This document shows positions 26,951-35,212 of a DNA stretch of 64,000 bases, one piece after another. Every line of letters starts with the position of its first letter. Within the stretch, counting starts at the first letter, position 1. Below the pieces are notes generated by a model. The model was not told the origin of the DNA. It saw only the letters and a list, made by a program, of their open reading frames with translations, and ran no database searches. The DNA is from Firmicutes bacterium ADurb.Bin182 (lineage in GTDB: Bacteria > Bacillota > Clostridia > Christensenellales > CAG-138), in NCBI GenBank assembly GCA_002070205.1, contig MWCU01000023.1:6671-70670 (forward strand). The letters are read 5' to 3'. Made by a program: the position numbers and the translations under genes.

Positions 26951-28108
26951 ATGGCGAGGATGAAGAAACGCGATGATGGCCTGTATCAGCGCTCTATTAC
27001 AATTGGGCGCAACAGTGACGGTAAGCCGCTGCGCAAAATCATCTATGGGCGAACGCAAAAAGAGCTGGAGGCAAAGGTTGCTGAGTATCAGGAGCAGTTA
27101 AAATACGGCATGCTGCCTGCAAACGAAAATGTCACGTTTGGCGAGATGGCGAAAATCCTCTGCGACGATTATAAACCCATGGTATCCGAGGGCGTTCGCA
27201 AGCGGTATGTCACCACCTGTGAAAAGCATTTGAAGGAGCTGAACAACATACGGCTCCGCGACCTCAAAGCGGCGCATTTGCAGAGCCTCATCAACCGCCT
27301 TGCCCAGGCGGGCTATGCGACAAAATCGCTCAGCGGCATAAAGCAGGTCGCGTCTCAGGTGATGCGCCTTGCGATGGACAACGACATCGTAATGCGCAAC
27401 GTGTTTGAACGGATCAAGATTCCGTCCATCGAAGCGGAAAAGCGAACCCCCTTGACCGAGAAGCAGATCGAGCTGGTAAACGAGCACTGCCTGGATCACC
27501 GCATGGGGCTTCCCGTTATGCTCATGCTGTACGCCGGGCTGCGGCGCGGCGAGCTGATGGCGCTTCGCTGGTCGCACATCGATCTTGAAAACCGCGTCAT
27601 TCATGTACGCGAAGCATGGGCGTTTGAGGCCACAAACGTGGGCCATCGAAAAGCGCCTAAAACCTCGTCAGGCAAGCGCGACATTCCCATACTGGATAAT
27701 CTGTACAGCGTCCTGGTGCGCGTGAAGATGGACGCAAAGAGCTCCCTTGTCTGCCCCACGGCCGAAGGTGTGGAAATGACCAATATCGCGTGGCGGCGGG
27801 CGTGGGAGAGCTATATGCACCATTTGAACATCGCCGCCGGCGGTCGGGTCGGAAGCCGTTCCCGCCCTAAGATAACCGCCATCGAGCCGTTTACTGCCCA
27901 TCAGCTCAGGCACACCTTCATCACCCTTTGCCATGAGGCAGGTATCGATGTGAAGGTCACACAGGACATGGCGGGCCATGCCGATATCCGAACGACCCTT
28001 GGCATCTACACGCACCTCACAAAGGTAAAAAAAGAAGAAGCAGTAGATACATTAAACGCGCATATTGCCGCAAAAAGTAAGACCAAACGGGACGAAATGG
28101 AGCGGTAA
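26951..28108 (+). CDS. int: Tyrosine-type site-specific integrase
   Basis: Complete catalytic set: AGLRRGELMALRWSHIDL (Arg-I), HQLRHTF (His/Arg-II), GHADIRTTLGIYTH (His, Tyr). The start is chosen after GGAGGG; the ORF-track TTG is at 26933. Confidence 0.9.
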   Translation: MARMKKRDDGLYQRSITIGRNSDGKPLRKIIYGRTQKELEAKVAEYQEQLKYGMLPANENVTFGEMAKILCDDYKPMVSEGVRKRYVTTCEKHLKELNNIRLRDLKAAHLQSLINRLAQAGYATKSLSGIKQVASQVMRLAMDNDIVMRNVFERIKIPSIEAEKRTPLTEKQIELVNEHCLDHRMGLPVMLMLYAGLRRGELMALRWSHIDLENRVIHVREAWAFEATNVGHRKAPKTSSGKRDIPILDNLYSVLVRVKMDAKSSLVCPTAEGVEMTNIAWRRAWESYMHHLNIAAGGRVGSRSRPKITAIEPFTAHQLRHTFITLCHEAGIDVKVTQDMAGHADIRTTLGIYTHLTKVKKEEAVDTLNAHIAAKSKTKRDEMER

Positions 28109-28119
28109 GTACTGGTTGG

Positions 28120-28150
28120 AAACAGTAAGAAACAGTAAGGAAACAGTAAA
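28120..28150 (+). repeat. Three tandem copies of AAACAGTAA(G/A) between the integrase stop and tRNA-Asn; possible integrase arm-type sites
   Basis: AAACAGTAAG at 28120-28129, AAACAGTAAG at 28130-28139, AAACAGTAAA at 28141-28150. Partial inverted copies (CTGTTT) occur at 28154-28159 and 28189-28194. Confidence 0.6.
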
Positions 28151-28202
28151 TCGCTGTTTTCAAGGCAAAAAGCACCGTTTCTGACCCCTGTTTCAGGGTA
28201 AG

Positions 28203-28239
28203 AAAAAGTCCCGAAACACCTTGTTTTCGGGACTTTTTT
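28203..28239. terminator. Bidirectional rho-independent terminator
   Basis: AAAAA-GTCCCGAAA(C)-loop-(G)TTTCGGGAC-TTTTTT gives a 9-10 bp GC-containing stem flanked by an A-run and a T-run. It lies just after the tRNA-Asn 3' end (minus strand) and downstream of int (plus strand). Confidence 0.65.
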
Positions 28240-28242
28240 CCT

Positions 28243-28318
28243 TGGCTCCCCCTGCTGGACTCGAACCAGCGACACTGCGGTTAACAGCCGCATGCTCTAC
28301 CGACTGAGCTAAGGAGGA
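28243..28318 (-). tRNA. tRNA-Asn (anticodon GTT), 76 nt with encoded CCA
   Basis: Folded by hand from TCCTCCT-TA-GCTC-AGTCGGTA-GAGC-A-TGCGG-CTGTTAA-CCGCA-GTGTC-GCTGG-TTCGAGT-CCAGC-AGGGGGA-G-CCA. All four stems pair, with one G-U in the acceptor. The anticodon loop is CT-GTT-AA. Confidence 0.9.
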
Positions 28319-28496
28319 ACGGATACGCGTAATATATTACAACATCGCGCTGAATTTCGCAAGAGGTTGCTTTAAAAAATTTTCTGCCGGTATTGCAATT
28401 ATTATGAATGGTAACTTTTACGATATTGTGCATACAAAATATGTTATAATTATAAACGGCAATTATTGTGATATAATGCTATGCGAAACAGGGGGG

Positions 28497-29441
28497 ATGA
28501 GCATGGAATTTTTGAAGGCGCTTGAAGCTTTGCGTACTCCGTTTTTGGACGCGTTTTTCTCCGTCTTTACCTATTTGGGTGATGAATTGACATTGACCGC
28601 CGTTGTTTTGATAATGCTGTGGTGCTTTGATAAAAAAATGGGTTACAGGCTTCTTCTCATCAATTTGGCGGGAAACGGCATAAACCTGTTTTTAAAATCC
28701 GTGTTTGTAGTTCCTCGCCCGTGGGTAAGGGATCCGTCGCTTTCGGTCGTGGAAGGTGCGAAGGCCGGCGCGGGCGGTTATTCCTTTCCGAGCGGCCACA
28801 CGCAATCCGCTTCCGTTCTTTTCGGCAGCCTTGCGCTGTTCTTGAAACGCAGATGGCTGACTATAGTCTGTATAGCATGCATATTGCTGACGGCATTTTC
28901 AAGAATGTATTTGGGAGTTCATACGCCTGCGGACGTCTGCGTTTCTCTTTTGACGGGCGTCGGAACCGTTATGCTTTACGGATGGCTGTTCGATCTTTCG
29001 GATAAAAATCCAAAGCTTAACTCGGTATTGAAGCTGGCGGGCGCGGCGTTCTTGCTGCTTCTGCTCGCGTTTTTGTCGTTCGTTCCGGCTCCCGCGACCG
29101 CAATCGAAGAGTATACCCGCGAGGGCATAGCAAACGCTTATAAACTGGCGGGAACGATGGCGGGATTGCTTATAGCTTGGCATGTCGACGAAAGATATCT
29201 GAAATATGAAAACAGTGCCGTATGGTGGGCTCAGGTACTGAAATGCGCTTTAGGCCTCGGTCTGGTAATGCTTATCAGATCCGTATGCAAGGCTCCCCTG
29301 GCCTCGCTTTTTAACGGGCACGCCGTTGCGGACGCCGTGAGGTATTTGCTCATGGTCGTTTTCGCCGGTATCGTCTGGCCTTTGTCGTTCAAATTCTGGT
29401 CAAGGCTTAGCGGAAAGCGGGAGCTAAGCAAAAATATTTAA
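28497..29441 (+). CDS. PAP2-family phosphatase (membrane lipid-phosphate phosphatase)
   Basis: KSVFVVPRP, SFPSGHT and SRMYLGVHTPADV are the three PAP2 motifs. Multiple TM helices. The start is chosen at MSMEFLK after GGGGGGA; the ORF-track start is 28404. Confidence 0.8.
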   Translation: MSMEFLKALEALRTPFLDAFFSVFTYLGDELTLTAVVLIMLWCFDKKMGYRLLLINLAGNGINLFLKSVFVVPRPWVRDPSLSVVEGAKAGAGGYSFPSGHTQSASVLFGSLALFLKRRWLTIVCIACILLTAFSRMYLGVHTPADVCVSLLTGVGTVMLYGWLFDLSDKNPKLNSVLKLAGAAFLLLLLAFLSFVPAPATAIEEYTREGIANAYKLAGTMAGLLIAWHVDERYLKYENSAVWWAQVLKCALGLGLVMLIRSVCKAPLASLFNGHAVADAVRYLLMVVFAGIVWPLSFKFWSRLSGKRELSKNI

Positions 29442-29520
29442 CGGGAAATCGCTTAAAAAATTTTGTTTTTGATCACGTGAAAGCTCGAAGGAGTCTATTC
29501 CGGACTTCTTCGACAGGCTG

Positions 29521-29561
29521 AAAAGCCCGCATGCTCATTATCGGAGCGTACAGGCTTTTTT
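29521..29561. terminator. Probable bidirectional terminator between convergent genes
   Basis: AAAAGCCCGCATGCTC-attatcg-GAGCGTACAGGCTTTTTT forms an imperfect stem (2 mismatches, 1 G-U) with an A-run and a T-run. Confidence 0.4.
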
Positions 29562-29573
29562 CGTATTGGATTC

Positions 29574-30443
29574 TTATTCCCTTTTCGTTCCCAGGAAGAA
29601 AAGCGCGAGCGTACCGGGTCCTGCATGCGCGCCGATGATCGCTCCTATCATTGAGATGTTTATTGCAGGTTTTTTGAATCTTTCCTCGATAAGGCCTTTA
29701 AGGTAAAGGGCGTCCTCTTCGCAGTCCGCATGTGTAATGTTCACGAATTTGTTGTCATCCCCGTCGGCAAAATCGCACATGCGCTCGAACATGCGCTTTA
29801 TCGCCGCCCGCCTTCCTTTGACTTTTTCCTGCGGGATCAGCTTGCCTTCCGAGTCGACGTTCAAAACCGGCTTTATGCTTAAAAGATTCGCGAGAAAAGC
29901 CGCGGTCGGGGTGACTCTGCCTCCGCGTTTTAAATACACAAGGTCGTCCACCGTAAACCAGTGATGTATGCGAAGTTTGATCTGCTCCAAATAATTAAAG
30001 CATTCAAGCGCCCCGGCTCCTGTTTTTTTATTTTCCACGGCAAGCATCAAAAGATAGCCTTCTCCGCCGGAAGCGCATAATGAATCGACGACAAATATTT
30101 TCCGGTCGGGAAAACTCTCCTTCAAATCCCTGGCCGCAAGCATCGCGCAGTTCGTCGAGCCGGATAATCCGCTTGAAAAGCCGACGTGCACGATATCCGT
30201 TCCCTTTTCAAGATACGGAGTCCAAAGTTCAATAAAATCCTCCGTATTCACCTGAGCCGTGGTGGGGACCTTTCCTTCGCGCATCAGGCCGTACATGAAA
30301 AGCGCCGATTTATCCGTCATATCGTCCCTGTACTCTTTATCCTCAACGATATAGCTCATGTACGCGCAGGGTATGTTCAGTTCATCCATGATTTTTTTGG
30401 GAATATCGACCGTTGAGTCCGTCGTAATAATATAATCAGCCAT
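29574..30443 (-). CDS. DegV-family fatty-acid-binding protein
   Basis: MADYIITTDSTVDIPKK..., GFSSGLSGS and HAGPGTLALFF are the DegV signatures. The start is placed at MADYII. Confidence 0.85.
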   Translation of the reverse strand: MADYIITTDSTVDIPKKIMDELNIPCAYMSYIVEDKEYRDDMTDKSALFMYGLMREGKVPTTAQVNTEDFIELWTPYLEKGTDIVHVGFSSGLSGSTNCAMLAARDLKESFPDRKIFVVDSLCASGGEGYLLMLAVENKKTGAGALECFNYLEQIKLRIHHWFTVDDLVYLKRGGRVTPTAAFLANLLSIKPVLNVDSEGKLIPQEKVKGRRAAIKRMFERMCDFADGDDNKFVNITHADCEEDALYLKGLIEERFKKPAINISMIGAIIGAHAGPGTLALFFLGTKRE

Positions 30444-30597
30444 ATGTCCCCTCCTTTTACCGTTATTTCCTGATTTTATTTTATGGGTTGGACGTTTAAA
30501 AAGCAAGTATGATATAATCGATATGGAAAAAATGGAACAATAAAGAAAACATTCGGATTTCAGGCTTCAGTTCAAATACAAAAAAGAGGTGGATCGG

Positions 30598-31476
30598 ATG
30601 AAAGGCAAAGAATTAGTCGGAGTTCTCAAAGAGTATGTTGAAAGCAGCTCGCTTCTGAGGTTCTTAAGCAAGCTTGCGATCATATCGGTTTTTATTTGTC
30701 CTCTTGTTTTTCTGCTGGGCCAGGTCTTAATGGTTGATGCGGTATCCCAGTTCACAAATCTTTCGTTCTACGTTATGCTGCTCAGCATCGCGCTGCTGTT
30801 TGTCGGCGGCAATTGGCTGATATTGATGATTTCCTGTGGTATTCAGGCTCTTTTGGAGCTGTTTGTTTTATTAAGGCTTCTTATTGCATTCGGTTTTTTC
30901 AGCATCAATGTGCTTACGGATTTCGTTCTGTTCGGACTTTTATGTTTGCCGGCTGTCATTAAGTTCATCGCAAGTTACAAAGCGACGCATGTTCCGAAGC
31001 CGAAAGCGCCTAAACCGGTAAAAGTCATGCAGCCGTCAGCCGGCGGAGCCGCAGCCGGTTTCGTCTGCGGCCGCTGCGGGGCCGCGGTGGTAAACCCCGA
31101 AGCCGTGTTTTGCAACAGCTGCGGCAACAAGCTGGAAAAGCCGGCCGCGATTTTGACCGGCGCTCAAGCGGGCGGGCAGGATGTCTGTCCTGTCTGCAAA
31201 AAAGCGTATCTGAGTGCAGATGCTTTGTTCTGCAACGGCTGCGGCGCGAAGCGCCCCGCGCCCGTTACCTTCAATTCTTCAAAAGCGCCTTCCGCCGATA
31301 AAAGCGACGGGGAAGCTTCGGGCAAAGATAGCACCCTTGAAGCGGAATCGGCTGCGGAACCTCAAAATGAACAGGCACAGGCCGTATATTGCCCTTGCTG
31401 CGGCAAACAGTGCGGGGACGGAGTTTCGTTTTGCACGAGCTGCGGAACTCCGGTGAAAATTACACCGTCGTTATAA
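30598..31476 (+). CDS. Membrane protein with three C-terminal double-CxxC zinc-ribbon repeats
   Basis: About 4 TM helices, then CGRCG..x..CNSCG, CPVCK..x..CNGCG and CPCCG..x..CTSCG, separated by low-complexity linkers. Confidence 0.6.
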   Translation: MKGKELVGVLKEYVESSSLLRFLSKLAIISVFICPLVFLLGQVLMVDAVSQFTNLSFYVMLLSIALLFVGGNWLILMISCGIQALLELFVLLRLLIAFGFFSINVLTDFVLFGLLCLPAVIKFIASYKATHVPKPKAPKPVKVMQPSAGGAAAGFVCGRCGAAVVNPEAVFCNSCGNKLEKPAAILTGAQAGGQDVCPVCKKAYLSADALFCNGCGAKRPAPVTFNSSKAPSADKSDGEASGKDSTLEAESAAEPQNEQAQAVYCPCCGKQCGDGVSFCTSCGTPVKITPSL

Positions 31477-31496
31477 GACAAAACAGGTTTGGAGAA

Positions 31497-32408
31497 ATGA
31501 TGAAAACCACATTGGCAATAATGGCGGCGGGTCTCGGCAGCCGCTATGGCGGGATAAAGCAAATCGAGCCTTTAGGGCCAAACGGCGAGATACTTATGGA
31601 CTACGCCGTATACGATTCGCAAAAGGCGGGCTTCAATAAAGTCGTGCTGATCATAAAGAAGGAGATGCTTCATGATTTTCGCGAAGTCATCGGAAAGCGG
31701 ATCGAAAAGAAGATAGAGACCGAATATGTGTTTCAGTCTTTTGAAACCCTGCCATCGTTTTATAAAGTCCCAGCGGGAAGAATAAAGCCGTTCGGTACCG
31801 CGCAAGCGCTTTTAAGCGCCAAAAATGCGATCAATGAGCCGTTTGCGATAATAAATGCCGATGATTTCTATGGCGGAAGCGCTTTCTCCTCGATGCATTC
31901 CTTTCTGGCGGATCGTCCGCAAGGCGAAAGGCAAGCCGCAATGGCAGGTTATTATCTCGAAAATACGATTTCGGAGCACGGGCACGTAACTCGCGGCGTC
32001 TGTGACGTTAAGGACGGGAATTTGATCGCAATAAAAGAAACGTTCAAGATAATGCGGTTTCCGGACGGCACCGTAAGGGATGTTCACGATGCCCCCGAAG
32101 GCGTCATCCTTGACCCGAGATCCGTCGTATCCATGAACTTCTGGGGTTTTGATACGTCCGTATTCGCCTTTGCAGAGGATTATTTCAACGGATTCTTAAA
32201 AGCGCTTCCGGCGGACGACATCAAGTCCGAATGCCTTCTGCCTTCTATGGTCGGCCATCTTATTCGGAATGAGCGTTTCTCGGTCCGCGTTCTTTCGACG
32301 GGCTCCAAATGGTTCGGCGTTACGTATAAGGAGGACGGCGAAAAAGTAAAAACAAAGCTGAGATTCCTGCACGCGAGCGGGGAATACCCCGACCTTGTAA
32401 ACGGATGA
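31497..32408 (+). CDS. Sugar-phosphate nucleotidyltransferase family protein
   Basis: LAIMAAGLGSRYGGIKQIEPLGP (G-x-G-x-R signature), FGTAQAL, INADDFYG. The start is placed at MMKTT after GGAGAA. Confidence 0.7.
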   Translation: MMKTTLAIMAAGLGSRYGGIKQIEPLGPNGEILMDYAVYDSQKAGFNKVVLIIKKEMLHDFREVIGKRIEKKIETEYVFQSFETLPSFYKVPAGRIKPFGTAQALLSAKNAINEPFAIINADDFYGGSAFSSMHSFLADRPQGERQAAMAGYYLENTISEHGHVTRGVCDVKDGNLIAIKETFKIMRFPDGTVRDVHDAPEGVILDPRSVVSMNFWGFDTSVFAFAEDYFNGFLKALPADDIKSECLLPSMVGHLIRNERFSVRVLSTGSKWFGVTYKEDGEKVKTKLRFLHASGEYPDLVNG

Positions 32409-32517
32409 TTTGCCGCACATAACGGATATGTACCGTTACACCCTGTTATAACAGACATACATGCCCCCCGTCCGTCATATGCTGTACAAGTATTATTATG
32501 CGGGGAGGGGTATCGGT

Positions 32518-32766
32518 TTGACTGATTATATCGAGGAGCGGGTGCTGGAAACGGCGGAATATATAATCGAAAACGGAGCCACGGTACGCGACGCTGCAAA
32601 GGTATTCAATATAAGCAAAAGTACCGTTCACAAAGACATGTCCGACAGGCTGAGACATTTAAACCCTTTGCTCTACAAGCTGGTTTGCGCGGTAATGGAA
32701 CACAACAAGGCGGAAAGGCATATCAGAGGCGGTCAGGCTACATACAGAAAGTATAAATGTCAATAA
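32518..32766 (+). CDS. spoIIID: Stage III sporulation transcription factor SpoIIID
   Basis: DYIEERVLETAEYIIENGATVRDAAKVFNISKSTVHKDMSDRL...LNPLLY...HNKAERHIRGGQATYRKY closely parallels B. subtilis SpoIIID (..SKSTVHKDL..RHLRGGEAT). The likely start is the TTG at 32518 after GGGGAGGGG; the ORF-track ATG is at 32461. Confidence 0.85.
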   Translation: MTDYIEERVLETAEYIIENGATVRDAAKVFNISKSTVHKDMSDRLRHLNPLLYKLVCAVMEHNKAERHIRGGQATYRKYKCQ

Positions 32767-32840
32767 CATGCCGTGTACTCATGATAAGAAATATCTAGTT
32801 TTTATGGAAAATATATCGGGTTTTACTTTTGGCAGTACTC

Positions 32841-32869
32841 TTGCATCGCTGCAGGCGTACTGCTATACT
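32841..32869 (+). promoter_or_regulatory. Candidate sigma-A promoter for the aconitase-icd operon
   Basis: TTGCAT (32841-32846), a 17-nt spacer, then TATACT (32864-32869), about 65 nt upstream of the ATG. Confidence 0.35.
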
Positions 32870-32932
32870 GTCATGTGGAGTAGGATGTTCTATTAAACAA
32901 TTCTTAACAAATATTGACACGAGGAGAGAGTC

Positions 32933-35182
32933 ATGCTGGAATTAATCAAAGAAGGTATATACCTGGTAAACGGGGAGCCCGTAAAGAGCGGTGAAGGTAT
33001 ACTTCCGCCCGAGCAGGCCCGGGAAAAAACGATTGCTTATTCCATCCTGAGAGCTCACGACAAAAGTGAAAATCCCGAGAAGATGCGCATTAAGTTCGAT
33101 TCGCTCGCTTCTCACGACATCACTTATGTCGGAATTATCCAGTCTGCGCGCATAGGCGGGCTTAAGGAGTTCCCGGTGCCCTATGCGATGACGAACTGCC
33201 ACAACTCCCTTTGCGCGGTCGGCGGAACAATAAATGAGGATGACCATGTGTTCGGTTTGTCCGCCGCCAGGAAGTACGGAGGCATATTCGTGCCTGTTAA
33301 TCAAAGCGTTATCCACATGTACGCAAGGGAAGCGCTTGCAGCATGCGGAAATATGATACTCGGTTCAGACTCTCATACGCGCTACGGTGCTTTGGGCACT
33401 ATGGGCGTCGGAGAGGGAGGGCCGGAAATCGTAAAGCAGCTTCTTTCCAATACTTATGACATAGACGCTCCCGAAGTCGTTCTCGTCTATCTTGAAGGCA
33501 CTCCCAAGCCCGGCGTAGGTCCTCACGACGTAGCCATAACGCTTGTGGCCGCCACTTTCTCAAACGGGTTTGTGAAGAATAAGGTTATGGAATTCGCCGG
33601 TCCGGGCGTTAAAAATCTTCCCGTGGAATTCAGAAACGGAATAGACGTCATGACGACTGAGACCACTTGCCTCTCCTCCGTTTGGGAAACGGACGACAAG
33701 GTCAAAGAGTATTTCACCGTGCATAAAAGGCCGGAAGCATATAAAGAGCTTAAGCCCGGAAACGGAGCATATTATGACGGAATGATCCGCATAGATCTTT
33801 CCGAAATAGAGTGCATGATAGCGCTTCCTTTCCATCCGAGCAACGCGTATACCATAAAAGAGCTGAATGCCGATCCGAAAGATATTTTCGCGTCCGTCGA
33901 AAAAGAAGCCAACAGCCTTTTCGGCGAAAAGATCGGCTTCTCCCTTATGTCAAAAATCAAAAACGGAAGGATCTACGCCGATCAAGGCATAATCGCGGGC
34001 TGCGCCGGCGGTCTTTTCGATAATATTTGCGACGCGGCGGCTATTCTCGAAGGAGGGTCGACGGGCAACGGCTACTTCAGCCTTTCGGTCTACCCGGGCT
34101 CCATGCCGGTCAGCATTGAGCTTTCAAGAAACGGCGTTTTGACCAAGCTTATGGCGGCGGGCGCCGTGGTGAAACCCGCATTCTGCGGGCCCTGCTTCGG
34201 CGCCGGAGACGTGCCCGCAAACAACGGCTTCTCAATCCGCCACACAACGCGCAACTTCCCCAACAGGGAAGGCAGCAAACCCGGGCAGGGACAGATCTCG
34301 TCCGTTGCGCTCATGGATGCGCGCTCAATTGCCGCTACCGCACGCAATCAAGGCGCGCTTACGCCCGCGACGGAGTGTGAGCATTGCATAGGCGGTCAGA
34401 AATATCATTTTGATGAGAGCATCTATGAAAAACGCGTATACAACGGATTCGGAAAGCCGATGCGTGACGAGGAGCTCAAAATGGGTCCCAACATCACGGA
34501 TTGGCCTTTGATGTATCCTTTGACCGAAAACCTTTTCCTCGAATTGACCGCGGTAATTAAGGATCCGGTTACCACCACGGACGAGCTTATCCCCTCGGGA
34601 GAAACCTCTTCGTATCGATCCAATCCCCGGAAGCTCGCGGAATTCACGCTGTCAAGGCGCGTTCCCGAATATGTGGTTTTAAGCAAACAGGCAGCAAAGC
34701 TCGAGGAAGACCGCAGGGCTGGCAAGCTTCCGGAGAAAGTGCTTTCAGCGCTGTCACGCGTCGTCGGCGATCCTGCGCAAACTTTAAAGGAAACGGCGAT
34801 AGGCTCCGCAATATTTGCAAACAAACCGGGCGACGGTTCCGCGCGCGAGCAGGCGGCTTCCAGCCAGAAGGTGCTCGGCGGGCTTGCGAATATCTGCTAT
34901 GAATATGCGACCAAGAGGTATCGCAGCAACTGCATCAACTGGGGTATCGTGCCCTTTACAATCGACAGGGAAACGCCTTTCGATTACGAGCAGGGAGATT
35001 TTGTGTACGTTCCGAATATCCGTGAAGCTATAGAGCGGGGCAGGGAAGAGATCCCGGCTAAAGTGATCACGAAAAATTCCGTTCACGATATCATCCTTTA
35101 TGTAAAGAACCTTACGAAGGATGAAAAAAGCATCATACTCGAAGGCTGTCTGATGAATTTTTACGCGGCAAAAAACAAGTGA
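32933..35182 (+). CDS. Aconitate hydratase
   Basis: GSDSHTRYGALGTMGVGEGG, IAGCAGG and FCGPCFGAGD carry the three Fe-S cluster cysteines. The swivel domain has NCINWGI. It is followed directly by icd. Confidence 0.85.
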   Translation: MLELIKEGIYLVNGEPVKSGEGILPPEQAREKTIAYSILRAHDKSENPEKMRIKFDSLASHDITYVGIIQSARIGGLKEFPVPYAMTNCHNSLCAVGGTINEDDHVFGLSAARKYGGIFVPVNQSVIHMYAREALAACGNMILGSDSHTRYGALGTMGVGEGGPEIVKQLLSNTYDIDAPEVVLVYLEGTPKPGVGPHDVAITLVAATFSNGFVKNKVMEFAGPGVKNLPVEFRNGIDVMTTETTCLSSVWETDDKVKEYFTVHKRPEAYKELKPGNGAYYDGMIRIDLSEIECMIALPFHPSNAYTIKELNADPKDIFASVEKEANSLFGEKIGFSLMSKIKNGRIYADQGIIAGCAGGLFDNICDAAAILEGGSTGNGYFSLSVYPGSMPVSIELSRNGVLTKLMAAGAVVKPAFCGPCFGAGDVPANNGFSIRHTTRNFPNREGSKPGQGQISSVALMDARSIAATARNQGALTPATECEHCIGGQKYHFDESIYEKRVYNGFGKPMRDEELKMGPNITDWPLMYPLTENLFLELTAVIKDPVTTTDELIPSGETSSYRSNPRKLAEFTLSRRVPEYVVLSKQAAKLEEDRRAGKLPEKVLSALSRVVGDPAQTLKETAIGSAIFANKPGDGSAREQAASSQKVLGGLANICYEYATKRYRSNCINWGIVPFTIDRETPFDYEQGDFVYVPNIREAIERGREEIPAKVITKNSVHDIILYVKNLTKDEKSIILEGCLMNFYAAKNK

Positions 35183-35212
35183 AAGGATAAAGCACAAGAA
35201 AGGGATACGACA

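Larger units (their letters stand above)
22001..28243. mobile_element. Putative integrative mobilizable element (about 6.2 kb) inserted at the 3' end of tRNA-Asn
   Basis: Gene content: tyrosine integrase adjacent to the tRNA 3' end, MobV relaxase plus an oriT-like hairpin field, ParM-like protein plus a small putative DNA-binding protein, and an excisionase-type HTH. The right end is taken as the tRNA 3' end. The left end is only tentative: a 13-nt, 12/13 match to the tRNA 3' end at 22001-22013. Confidence 0.45.

Noticed and set aside
28120-28150. Whether the tandem 10-mers, or the 43-bp repeats at 17490-17617, could be a CRISPR array
   Set aside because: The units are far too short or too few, with no spacer-repeat periodicity of 25-40 nt units. 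There are no cas genes in the window.
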